DNA of 64,000 nt. It comes from Phyllosticta citribraziliensis. Its lineage: Eukaryota. This document shows positions 38,478 through 50,946 of this stretch, one piece after another. The stretch lies in the NCBI RefSeq assembly GCF_038025025.1, contig NW_027117342.1, positions 1,178,001 to 1,242,000 of the forward strand, read 5' to 3'. The notes under the pieces were generated by a model, which saw nothing but the letters and a program-made list of their open reading frames with translations, searched no databases and was not told the DNA's origin. How positions within the stretch are numbered: position 1 is the stretch's first letter; the number at the start of each line of letters is the position of its first letter. Made by a program: the position numbers and the translations under genes.

Positions 38478-39606
38478 TGTCCGTTCCGTTGGAGTAGCGG
38501 GAAGGTGTGGCGTTACGTAGCTCCGCTTCTGAGAGCTGCCGGGCATCGTCGCTTCCCCGTGCCTCCCTCATCTGCATCCAGGGGTCGCATGCTCTGCCGT
38601 ACCGCTACGGCGCACCATTCAGCCCATTTCTGCCGCGTCCTTGTCCCTTCACCACAACACCTGCGCTGGCCATTTTGACTGCCTCCTCGATGCCGCGTCG
38701 ACTGTTCCAAAACAACGCCGAGGCCCCGGTGGTGTGCGCTCTTTTCGTCCGGAGACTAGGCTTTTGACCGGACAATTCCCGTCGTGCCCCTCTTAGCTCA
38801 GAAAAGTACCTTACCTACGCCATTCTCGCTTGGACAAGAGCCTCACGGTCCAAACCAGAAACTTGCTGCGACGACGCTGCTCCTCCTCATGGCGTCGCAG
38901 CATGCTGCCTTGATGCGTGGCCATCAACCGGTAATATTTGGACGCCACACGGGCAGCCCCTCAAGCGCCCGTGCAGCCGTCTCGCGTCTCGCCGCCGGCG
39001 CGCGAAGCGGCAATCCTACTCTCCCATTCTCCGAAGCATGCGAAATGGAGAATCTTCATCTTTTTTCTGATCATCTTGATCGATCTACTCATGGTACCCA
39101 CCCGCCTTTACGCTTAAAACAACATACAGCTGCGACCTGCTACCGAGCAAAGCTCTTCTCAAACACATTTTTACCGAGGGCAAGTCACATCAAGTGTGAA
39201 AATCTCCGCATACATGTCTCCCCCCCATGACGCTTCCAATCATGCGCGTCAGTCAATTTTTGCTCGCTCAACAGAGCTCCAAATCATGCCCGAGAACGCC
39301 CACCTTCGCCGGACTCGGCAAACCGGTCAAACCGGCAATCAGCCCCGAGAACCCCGATGGCCTTCATGAAACCAAACGAAAAACACATGTGCTTCCTCCA
39401 TTTGATCGAGCCAAGTCCGACGCGCTTCCGCGACGGCAAAACGGGACAATCTTTGCGACTGAGATTGAACACTGCGTAAGCGGGCCTCCTTTTCCGCACC
39501 GGCTGCTGCAGTTGGTGGCTTGCCACGCAGATATTTGAAAGTCACCATGCCTCGGGCCAGGCCCTATCGCCCTCAATCATCAGCCTTCTTTTTGGCAGGC
39601 TGAATC

Positions 39607-41282
39607 ATGGCCATATCTCCCTTGGCAGCAGAGTCCCAGGCCATAGCTGCGGAATTTGACTTTGGCACCGAAGGTGTGAGAAAGGCAGTGAAGCATTTTG
39701 TGCGGCAATTCGGTATTCCACACAAATCTCTTGTTTGCCTTATCGAGCTAACTGTGTAAGATGATGGACTGACCAAGGATGGAGATACCATGATCCCATC
39801 CTATGTCACTGCACTCCCCGATGGTTCAGAAAAGGTGCGAATCGCCTTTACTGTCTGCAAGCAAGCTCTGACTTCTTCCAGGGTATCTGTCTTGCTGTGG
39901 ACATAGGAGGAACCAACCTCCGGGTCTGTAGCGTTGAGTTATACGGCGACAGAACCTTCACGATCAAACAAAACAAAACGACCATTCCCCACAACATCCG
40001 GGTCGGATCCACCGCCCAAGATCTCTTTGGGTTCATTGCTGAGCAGGTTGAAATATTCCTGCGAGACAACTACGGGAGTTCTGTGCAAAGGGCGCAAACA
40101 CTTTCGAAAAGCGACCACCTGCCTCTCGGCTTCACTTTCAGTTTTACTTTCCACCAAACTGCCATCAATCGCGGTACTCTGATTCGTTGGGACAAGGGTT
40201 TCGATGTTCCTGATGTTGTTGGCAAGGACGTCATCGTGCTGTTGCAAGACGAAATAAATAGGCGAAAACTTCCAGTTCGAGTCACAGCCCTGGCAAACGA
40301 CACCGTTGGGACTCTCATGACCAGGTCGTACACGTCGCCCGGCGGCCACGAGTGCATACTCGGCGCAGTGTTTGGCACAGGCACCAACGGAGCCTACGTC
40401 GAAAAATCGTCCAATTTTGAACGCCTCGGCTGCAAGAAGTCACCATCAGGAAAGATGATGGTCAATACCGAGTGGTGCTCCATTGATGATGAGCTCGTCG
40501 TCCTGTCGAAAAACTCATACGACGACGAAATTGACAAGACAAGCACAAATCCTGGCTTCACCATGTTTGAGAAACAAGTGAGCGGGTACTATCTCGGCGA
40601 GCTGTTTCGACTCGCACTTTTGGACCTGTTGGACAGGACAAATCTCCAAGGCTCTCTTGCTGCTTTACGGCCCGATTCCGTCTTGCTTCGGTCGTCTGGA
40701 ATCGAGACGGCGACCTTGAGCGCAATCGAAGGAGACTTGGACCCATCCCTAGGAGCAACCCGTCAATGTCTCCACAAGCAATTAGGGGTTTTGCATGCGA
40801 CAACCGAACTTGCTGAGGCGGTAAAAATCATTGTTCACGCAATCGGCCTCAGGGCAGCAAGACTGAGCGGCGTGGCCATTGCTGCCGTGGTTTTGAAGTC
40901 CAAGTGTCTCGCACAGGCAGATTCTCACTTTGACATTGGTCTGGAAGGATCATTGGTGGAGTACTATCCTGGTTTCGAGCATCACATACGCGGCGTACTG
41001 AGGGAGATTCCCGAGATTGGTCTCCAAGGCGAGGAGAGGATACATATGGGACTGGCCAAAGACGGCAGCGGAGTTGGCGCTGCGCTGATTGCCATGGTTG
41101 CTGATAAGGAGAAAGGAGAGACCAGCAAATGTGAAAGAATGGTAAGTCGTGGACTTGGAAGCGCGACGAGGACAGACGCGACGCAGATGGTTGACGTTTC
41201 TCTCGAGGTTGCTTTACCTAATCCAGCGAGCATTACGAGCGCATGCCCCCAGATACCCATAGCTGCAGCCAGCTCTTCTTGA
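39607..41282 (+). CDS. Hexokinase/glucokinase-family sugar kinase (atypical active site), at least 3 exons
   Basis: MIPSYVTALPDGSEKG, LAVDIGGTNLRV, LGFTFSF, ANDTVGTL, GTGTNGAY, AKDGSGVGAAL. The 3' end is uncertain because a possible extra intron at ~41142-41226 would end the CDS at ~41262. Confidence 0.9.
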
Positions 41283-41600
41283 GCTCTAGGAGTAGCACAT
41301 AATCATTTTTCAATGAGACAGAGAATTCTTTCGGACAAACTCAACTCGCTAACGTTGTGGACCTTTCCTCCCTCACCTCTCACTTGGTTGTTGGGAGAGC
41401 AAGGTTCCGCTGCGCTGGGTGCCGTGGGCTCCGCACGCGGCGGACGACCGACCCCGCTGCGCATCAGCCATCGGCGCCGATGCCTGGAATTTTTCCCACA
41501 CTCAGACCATCACGGTGCTGCATCAACACCACAACCAAATCCAATCACCTCGCATCTCTTTCTTCTTTTTCTTTTAAACTTACCACAAGTCTCACACAGC

Positions 41601-42678
41601 ATGACGGCATCACTCGCAACCAACGGCGCCGCCACGGCAGACCCTACGGTAGCCGCGCTGCGCAAGACCATAACGTCCGAGTCAGAGCCGCTGGCGCGAC
41701 GATTCCGCGCCCTCTTCTCGCTCAAGCACCTGGCGTGCATAACGCCCGCGACGCCGCAGACCCTGGCGGCCATCGACGCCATCGCGGCCGCCTTTGCGTC
41801 GCCCAGCGCGCTGCTCAAGCACGAGCTGGCCTACTGCCTGGGTCAGTCGCGCCACACAGCCGCCGTCCCATACCTACGTCAAGTCCTCGAGGACAAGGCC
41901 GAGGACTCAATGTGCAGGCACGAAGCGGCCGAGGCCCTGGGGGCGCTGGGCTACGTCGACAGCTTGGACTTGTTGAGAGGCTTGCGCGACGACCCCAATG
42001 AGGAGGACGTCATCCGGGAGACTTGCGACATTGCTGTGGACAGGATTGAGTGGGAGCATTCGGACGACAGGAAGAAGGAGCAGCTCAAACAGAGGTATGT
42101 GGATAATCACATTGTGCGCGTGCAAGTGCAAGTCTTTGCTGACGGTGGTTTGCTCTAGTGACTTTGCATCCATCGACCCGGCGCCTCCTATGCCTCACGA
42201 AACCAAGGAGCCGACCATTGAGAACTTCGAACAAACGCTCTTGGATACCAAGCTTCCCCTCTTCAAGCGCTACCGCGCCATGTTCGCCCTCCGCGACCTG
42301 GCATCTCCTCCCGACCTTCCCACCGCGGTTCCCGCCATCAAGGCTCTCGCAAAGGGTCTGAAAGATCCTTCTGCTCTGTTCCGCCACGAGATTGCGTTTG
42401 TCTTTGGACAGCTGTCCCACCCCGCCTCTATTCCTGCCCTGGTTGAGTGCCTGGGTGACCTGAAGGAGGCCAGCATGGTGCGCCATGAGGCTGCGGAAGC
42501 TCTTGGCAGCCTGGGCGAGGAGGAGGGCGTCGAGGACATTCTCAAAACGTTCCTCAACGACCCCGAGCAGGTCGTCAAGGACAGCATCGTTGTTGCTCTT
42601 GACATGGCCGAGTTTGAGAGGAGTGGCGAGGTCGAGTATGCCATTGTTCCTGGAAACGAGGAGCCCGTCGCGGCTTGA
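41601..42678 (+). CDS. LIA1: Deoxyhypusine hydroxylase, 2 exons
   Basis: RFRALFSLK and four HE iron-binding motifs (LLKHELAYCLGQ, CRHEAAEALG, LFRHEIAFVFGQ, VRHEAAEALG), plus FASIDPAPP. Intron at ~42095-42158. Confidence 0.96.
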
Positions 42679-42833
42679 GGTGGGACGACTTGTGTGGGTA
42701 CAAAAAAGGGTGGCGTTTTTGGGTTGGCATGTTATAGAGGTAAAAGGTTGTGAGCATAGTGCGTCTGGTAGCGGGTTCCCCTGTACAAAGCTTGGTACCA
42801 TAACAAAATGGCAACGAAGAAACGCAATGGCAT

Positions 42834-43397
42834 TTAGTTGTTGGTGTTCCACCTGCAGAGAAGCTTTGGTCAGCCTGCGACAGCTACATGGTGTCTTGAA
42901 GCTCAACTTACTTGTGACCACACTCGCATGTGTAAAAGACGGTGGTGCCTTCATCTGCACTGCGCAGCTGCTGCGTGTAGAATCTGACCTCTTCCCTACC
43001 ACACTTTTCGCACGTCTGGTTGATGACGGCGTCTGTTTGCATGTTGTCTTCGGAAAGCTGCTGGACCTCGGAACGCTTTGCGCGGAGCGACGACGGAAAG
43101 GACGAAGGCTTTGAGCGAGTGACGATGCTTTTTGCGGCAGTGTCTGTAGGAGTGGTGAGCTGGGGCCTACTGAACTCCGGGGCAGCGCATTCGAGTCGCT
43201 TGTGATTGGAGTAGCGGAGAGGGAATATTTGACGGAATGGAGACGCGAGAAATCCAACAGTCTGCCGTCAAAGGACGCGTACCTTTACATTGTGCTCCGC
43301 AGACTTCACAAATCAAGACAGCATTTTCATTGCCGGTGCTGCCGTCGAGGAGGTTGCCGCAATCGGTGCAGAAGACGAGGGATCCAATGGCAGACAT
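42834..43397 (-). CDS. RPA12: RNA polymerase I subunit A12.2, 3 exons
   Basis: MSAIGSLVFCTDCGNLL...CEVC zinc ribbon and TFIIS-like C-terminal ribbon CEKCG...QLRSADEGTTVFYTCECGHKWNTNN*. Confidence 0.95.
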
Positions 43398-43877
43398 GGT
43401 GCGCAAGTGAGAGTGCTTCTACGCGACAAGCAGAGCAAAGATTGTGCAAAAGTTGGGCAGAGAGAGGAGGATTTGTTCCGCAGGGACAGGGATTTTTGCG
43501 GCTGGCTCGTAGGGCTGAGCACGGCGACTACTGGACGGCGCGTTGATCGCGTCGCCGTCAACGGGCACTGCACCAACTCCATCATCGCTCCGCTTCGACC
43601 TGTGTGCTGCCTGAACCACCGTCTTCCGAGTCGCTCTCGCCCCCGACCGCTGCTCGACGCCTCAAATGGCTTCACGACATTCGCTCTGACCGACGCCGTC
43701 CCGCAACCCACCCGCATCCTCGCCAGCGCCGCCCCAAAGCCCAAGCTGTCGAACAGCCCATGCCAACCTCTCCGCCGGCTCCCTACGCAGCGCATTGCAT
43801 CCGTGGCCGCGCTTTGATTGGGACACGTCTCGACGCGTGGAAAACTGGCCGGGAAGCAAGCTGCAGAAACAGAAATC

Positions 43878-46800
43878 ATGGAAGGAACGGACAGCGGGCC
43901 TGCAAACGGGGCGTGGCAGGTCCCAGGCCAGAATGCTACGCAGCTTCCCATGCGGCCCAGACTCCCCACGGTCGAAGAGGCTCTGAAATTCTCTCCGCTG
44001 ACCTCCATCGTGCCATTTCACCCTGGTACGTCGAATTGTTCACCTCTCGTTCATCATCCACCCGCCTAGACGCACAACCAAGCACATGTCAGATCTGGCC
44101 ATTATGCCACACCTTCACAATCAGTTGGGAAGGCGCATTCACTAATACTGCCGCAGACATAATACCTCTGCCCTCCACTCATCCACCTCCTCCATCCGAC
44201 GTCCTCTCTACCAATGAACGACTCAGCCAGCGGAAAGAACTCGACTCGCTAAACGCCGAAGCATCCAACCAGTCAACATCTGCTCGCATTGAGCAAACTT
44301 TGAAGCAGCTTCAACATCTCTTGCGGCCAAATGACTTGACTGAATAGTGAGATCATTCCTCTAGAATTCAGCTGCGTACGCTAACACCCGCCCAGCAAGT
44401 TCAAGAGGCCTTCCGGATACCAGCCCGCCGCGCACGAAGACTCCAACGGCACTCCTCTTGCATCGACTAGTCCAGACGTCGGTCCTTTCTCAAAGATGCT
44501 CATCAAGCATGCCAAAGTTCCCTTCAGATGTAGGTCAAGGCAGGCCTTCGGCTTCAAGCTCAGCTAACCTTGAGAAGACCCCAGTCCTCCTTCACCGCCA
44601 CCCTCGTCCAAGAAGAAGGAACCTCCCAAGAAGCCCGAACAAGTTCAGGCCAAAGGCCAGGCTACGCAGCGCACCCCCACCCCTCTAAGACCCGACCAGC
44701 AGGTCAACGTTCAAGCAGTCCGCCAAAACCATTCAATCTCGCCCCAAGCCTCTTTTCAGCAACCCCCGAACAAGTCAACGCCTGTTCCTCTGCCAAGGAC
44801 TCACTCCCACAGCTCGTCTCACAAAAGCTCGGGAGTTTCTGTGGTCATCCCGGCGAAGAGCTACCGAGATGTTCCTGCCGCGTCTCTATCGTCGCAGTCG
44901 CCTGCCCCGACTCCCTCTGCGCCTCGTGGGGATGTGAACAAGATACCTCGCGCAGGCTTCAGTGTAGTCATACCTGGCTTGCCGCCGTCTTCTCAGAAAG
45001 AGGATTACCAAAGCTTCCCTGACGAGGAGTTACTTCTGCAGGAACAGGTCAAAGCCCAACAGCAGAAGTTTCCCTCAGGTCCATCCGTAATCATACCGGG
45101 CTTGCCAGCGTCGTCACAGAAGGAGGAATACAAGCATTCTCCGGAAGCTGATGCTAGAGCTCTTGTCGAAGATACGGGCCTGTCGAAGAAGCGCAAACGA
45201 GAAGATGACGAGGAGGACGAACGTTCGCTAGCCCTGATGCGAGACCAAAGAGCCAAGGCCGAAGCTGCCGCGCAGAACCTCAAGGCGCTGATTGGGGATA
45301 TCTTCGAAGCCGAGGATCAAATGCAACCTGACTCCGCGGGAGATATGCCCTCAAATGCCGCTCAATATTTCATGCGCAACTATGGAGATGGCGATCTTCC
45401 GTTCCTGTCTTCTCAAACTCAGGCGCGCCTTGATTCCGCCATGTACAAGGTCATCTCGGCAAAGGCCTTTGGCAGAATCGAAGTCGACAGTCTGAGCCGC
45501 CTTCAGAAACTGTGTGAGGGAGCGGCTCGCTCTGTTGGAGGCCTTTCGCTTACGCTTGGGGAGGATTGGTCCGAAAATGATATCGAGGAGTGGGTGGGTC
45601 GCTTGCAAAAGGCGGAGCACGGTCTTCAAGCGGCGAGGATCCTTCTCAGAATCATGACTGCTGGACGCGAAGAGAAGCAGCTTTATTCCGAGGACCTTCT
45701 CTCAAATGTGCTCGAGGCCATCAAACACGTTTTGGAAACGTGCCTCGTTCCTGTCATTGAGACTCGAAATACGGATTCGAGCAGCGTTGCTTTCAGAATC
45801 TACATGGTCCAGAAGAAGCCTCTTTCTGCATTGCTGACAATGGCTGGAAAGGTTCTCCGGCTTCTTTCGGAGCTCATCACCAAGACTGACGTGTCCGATA
45901 CCGCCATTACCTCGGTGGAGTTCCTCTCGTCAACCCTCATTTTCGTTGAAAATGCACACATCGAGAAGGAGTCGGCCCTTGGCATCCAGAAATGCGAAGG
46001 TATACGGAGGATCGCCATGGACGTGCTTGCCAAAATCTTCGCGCGTTACCCAGATCAGAGGACTTTCATCTTTGACGAGATCCTCACCTCTCTAGAAAAG
46101 CTTCCCGTCACTCGGCAGAGCGCGAGACAATTCAAGATGGTCGACGGCAAGCCAATTCAGCTCGTCTCAGCGTTGCTCATGCGGCTGGTTCAAACCAGCG
46201 CTACTCGTACGATCAGAGATACCCACAAGGATATAAAAAGCCTTCGCGTAGATGAGGAGGTGGACGACGACGCCTCGCCAGCAGCTCCGAGGTCACCGCC
46301 AGACCAATCTGGAATCATTGATATGGCTGATGCCGCAGGAATGGACTATGATGAGTCTGTTCGCGAGCTTGGCAGTCTGATGAAGCCGCTTTTCGACACT
46401 GCGCACAATAGCACTCGTTACCTCGTCAACTTCATGGTTCAAAGGGCAATGAAAGCAACGAAAACAGGCGACCAGCCCTATCGAAACCTACTGGACATCT
46501 TCACCGAGGACTTTTTGAGCGTGCTGGGTCACCCTGATTGGCCAGCTGCGGAATTGTTGCTCAGAACGCTTCTGTCCAACATGATTAGTCTTGCAGAGAG
46601 TGACAAAAGCTCTGCTCCAGCGAAGAATATGGCTTTGGACGTCATGGGACTTCTTGGCTCTGGCATTTCCGATCTTCAAATGCATGTCAAAAGCGCCATC
46701 AAGAGCATAGACACCTCCGAATCAGATCTCGCAAGAAAAATCGCACAGATTGCAGAAGACGTCATGGACGACAAATTCGAGGATCTAGAACTTTTGGAGT

Positions 46801-49800
46801 TTGACGGCCCATATCGAGCTGTCTTGGAGTATCTCGACGCTAGGGACGTCGACGATCCTCAACTTCAAAGTGCTAAAGGATACCATGCAACTCAATGGGC
46901 TAAGGAAGTTCACGGATACATGGACAAGGACGAAGACGAAACCATGCGCCCCGAGCTCGCCATCCAGCTGAGAAACATTCTTTCAGACCCATCATGGCTT
47001 CAACAAGAATACGACTTCGAGCGCGTCCTCACTGCCCAAGGCAATCTTGCTGGTGCGGTTGTTGCCCTGAGATTGCCATTCTGCAAAGCATTCAAGAGAA
47101 TCGTTGGCATCCTTTTGAGCGCAATGACAAGTGACCAGGCTACGGTCAAGAGCAGAAGTTTGAAGAGCGTCGTCCAGCTTTTGGACAAGGACCCTTCAAT
47201 CCTCAGGAACGGCAACTACATCATCAACCAGATCCTGCGATGCTCTGCTGATCAATCGCCGCTCGTGCGAGACTCTGCTCTAGGCCTTCTTGGAAAGTGC
47301 CTGCAGTACAAGCCTTCCCTTGAAGACGACGTGTGCGACAGAATAGTCGCGCGATCTCAGGACGCGGCAGTCGGCGTGCGAAAGCGCGCGATGAAGCTTC
47401 TCAAGGATGTATACCTGAGGAACAAGTCCAAGGAAGTCAAGACGGCGATTGCGGAAGCACTTTTGTTGCGCATCAAGGATATGGACGAGAGCGTGGCCGA
47501 GCTTGCGAGAACCACGTTTGAGGAGATATGGTTCGCTCCATTCTACGGCACAAGCAACAAGGACGCCGCTCAGTCAAAGCTGGAACTGTCCAACCACGTC
47601 ACTCTCTTAATCAACACGGTTCAGCGCGGCGAGAGCGTGTTGTCGGTTTTTGATGGGCTGCTGGAAACTGTTTTATCCAACAGTTCGAAGAATGCCGCAG
47701 CCAATTTCAACGTCTGCAAGAACATGGTCGCCCTGATGTTTGACGGAGTCATTGACAGTTCCGATCTCCCTGAGAGTCCGGCACAAGTCCACATCATGCA
47801 GACCTTGACGGTCTTTGCCAAAGCAAGCCCGAGGCTTTTTACGGCAGACCAGCTGCAAACCCTGCAGCCATATGTCCAGAATCTCACCAACACTGACGAC
47901 CTCCTCATCTACCGCTCCGTCATCGTCATCTTCCGTCACACCTTGCCTTCGCTGTCTACTCTTCAAAACACTTTTCTCAAAGCAGTTCAAGATGCCCTGC
48001 TCGTAAGCGTTTCAAAGCTTGGCAAGATGGAACTCAACGAAGTCGCGCAGTGCCTTTGGATTATCGATGGAGTGCTCCAAAACACCGACCGCTTGGTCCG
48101 CATGCTCGTCTCCTGCATCACCGGTGTGCATAATTGCAAAGAATCAGACCTGAGTGATGAGAACCCAAAGAAAACACAAAACATCAACCGCGTCAAGCGG
48201 TACATGATGATTGCCGGCTACTTCGGCAAGAGCTGCAATTTTGACGACCAAGTTGCCGGATTCAAGGAAAAGTATCCTTGGTGGAAAGGAAACTCGGTCG
48301 CAGGCCTCATTGTCGAGGTGCTGCGCCCATTCACTCGTCAAAAGGTTCCGGAGCAGCTGAGGGAGATGGCTTTCGAAAGCATTGGTCTCATTTGCCAGGA
48401 GTGGCCGACCCAATTCCTCCGCACCGACGTGTCGACGTCGTTCGAACTGGTTTTCCACAATCGAGAGTCCAAGCTTGAGCAAATCATCCTCGCCAGCTTC
48501 AAGAGCTTTTATGCGAAGCAAGAGCGAAGGTCAGAAACTGGTGCAAATATCAAGGTTGGCCAGGGTGCAGCTCGTGGCTCTGAACGTCTGCAAGTGTCCC
48601 TTGTCGCGAGCGACGACGACGGTGCGTGCAGTGGTATTGCACAGCGTTTCCTCCAGCACATCATTCGCATCGCTTTGGAGCCCGACCAGGCCATCGCATT
48701 GACTGCTACGCAAGTCATTGCGAGCATCAACCGCCAGGGATTGGTGCATCCCAAGGAGTGTGGGCCGGCTCTTGTTGCTCTAGAAACATCAACGCACCCT
48801 CTGATCGCGGACATTGCTTTCCAAGAACATCGCTCGCTGCATCACAAGCACGAGAGCATGTTTGAAAAAGAATACATGAAGGCCGTGCAACGCGCTTTTA
48901 CCTTTCAAAGGGAAATCTTCAACGATACGCATGGCGCAACGACTCAACCTTTTGCGTCCAAACTGCGCCCACTCTTCGAAGTCTTGAAGACAGGCAACCC
49001 CAAAGTTCGCAGAAAGTTTTTACTCAATCTCTCGTCGCGGGCCAATTTCGATTTCTCGAAGGCCGACTTTTCAAAAGACACGCCGGAGCACTTGCTGTTT
49101 GCACGCTTTTGCCTTGAAAACCTGGCTTTCTTCGAATACGTGCGAGTCGACGAATTGCTTGCCCTTCTATCCAACCTGGAGAAAATCTTCAGCAACACTG
49201 GCACTCCAGTCGCTCATGCCATTGAAACCGATGTCCTCAAATATCGCCTCGACGAAGCTGCACCTGTTCCTACAATCGAGCAGCCTCCACACCAACATGC
49301 CCTGCAGCCCGTTGAGCAACATGCCAATCACGCATTCCCGCAACTCCAAGAAAATCCTCGCCAGCCTCTGGCACAGCCTCCAGCACAGCCCCTTGCACTG
49401 CCCGCCGAGCCCACGATGCCCGGTGTTGAATCCAATCACGCTTCTGCAGGCCAGCCCGAGGCTGCCCCTAAGATCGAACAAGAATCCAGCCTTCCGGAAG
49501 TCAGCGCTGAACGACTCAGACACTTGACTGTGTGCTCGATTATCTTGACTATGCTGTGGGAGACGCGTACTCATCTTCGGCGCTACTGGGGTCTACAGAA
49601 GCAGCGTGAAGCTCAAGCCAAGGGCGGAAACGGTGATCACAAACCCACGGTCAAGGATCTGAACAAGGCGCCAAACCGCACGCCTGGGGTCACGGGCGAC
49701 AAATTCTGGGAGCGCATGAACAGCTTGATGGCTTCCCTGGAGAGCCCGGACAAGATGAAGGAGCAGTGCAAGGCATTTGCCGAACTGCTCAGCATCGACA

Positions 49801-50072
49801 ACGAGTTGAAGGTTGCGAGCGAAGACGATGACGAGGCAGAGCGTGTTGCGGCAGGCTATCAGACTCCGGATGAAGACGATGAAAGCCGGGGCGGAAGCCA
49901 ACCTCCCAGCGGCAACGGTAGAGGCAGAAAAAGGAAGGGTTCTGTGTCCATGTCTGCCACTCCAAAGAAGCGGAAGAGCGGCGGCGGCCAGCGAGGCAGA
50001 CCGAGAAAGAATGCTGCGGGACGTCGAAGCAGCACTGCCAGCCGAGATGATGATGCTGATGCCTGGGGTTGA
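43878..50072 (+). CDS. SCC2: Cohesin loader Scc2/Mis4/NIPBL, about 4 exons
   Basis: N-terminal PTVEEALKFSPLTSIVPF, PDWPAAELLL, HEAT region VRDSALGLLG / VGVRKRAMKLLKD, RQGLVHPKEC...LVALETS, basic C-terminal NLS. Confidence 0.95.
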
Positions 50073-50946
50073 GGTTAAGCTTCGCTGACGTCTACACAAG
50101 ATGATTTTGGCTTTATTTTGCTTTTGCATCTACCCGTCCGCGCCTTTGCTTTGTGCCGACTCCGACGTATTTCTACAAGAGCGCGGACTGGTTTGCTCAA
50201 GGTTTGCGAGGCGAGGCTTGCTGGAACAAGGAGCATTTCTGAGAAGTTTGCATTTGCTTGCGGGTTTGCATTTGGTGGTGGCATTACCACATACGTTTTA
50301 CGATGAATAGTTACAGAAGACAGCGTTTCCCCGCGGTAATAGGCCGTATACCCACCCAATGACGTACCTCACCTCCATTCGGCAGATGTGTTGTTTAATG
50401 CGGAGTCATGGACCCTTGAAGAGCCGACGTGCTGGAAAATCTTCGCCGAGCCACCCCGCCAACAACGACGTGCTTGGCTGCGACGCTAGTGGCCACATTG
50501 CGACTGGAGGTTTCTTTACACCGAAAGACCTGACAAGGATGACTCTCGATAACTAGCTCGCCGGCCAGAGTTGCCGTTTGCGTCAAACCGTTTAAGGTAG
50601 GTGGGCCCATGGCGCTTAGCTGTCGGTTCGCTTCGCACTGTGCTAAGCTTTTTCAACAACGGGAAGTGGTCCTGCAATACAGCACCTTAATCTGTCTATA
50701 GCAACCCTTTTGCCATGACCATTACCCACTCCGCCCGCCCACTCAAACTCCGAAGAGTCCGACTTATTGCAATGCCGTTCTTGGAAAAGCTTAACCCTCT
50801 AGTCTAGTTCATACAATGCGGACATGTCTTCCCCACCGCCACTTATGCTTCAGCACTGGCTTTCGGTGCTGAAATAGGGTAGTGATATCGTCCCTCGCTT
50901 GCACTTTCACGCTTCTCGCTCTTCGTTCTGGAATTTGGAAGGTAAG

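Noticed and set aside
42085..43257. 390-aa minus-strand ORF spanning RPA12 and DOHH
   Set aside because: Out-of-frame overlap with RPA12 and antisense to DOHH, with no recognisable motifs; a shadow ORF.
43146..43282. Longer RPA12 intron with an 8-bp inverted repeat (TTTGACGG...CCGTCAAA) as a possible intronic snoRNA
   Set aside because: No convincing C/D or H/ACA boxes, and the stem is short enough to be chance.
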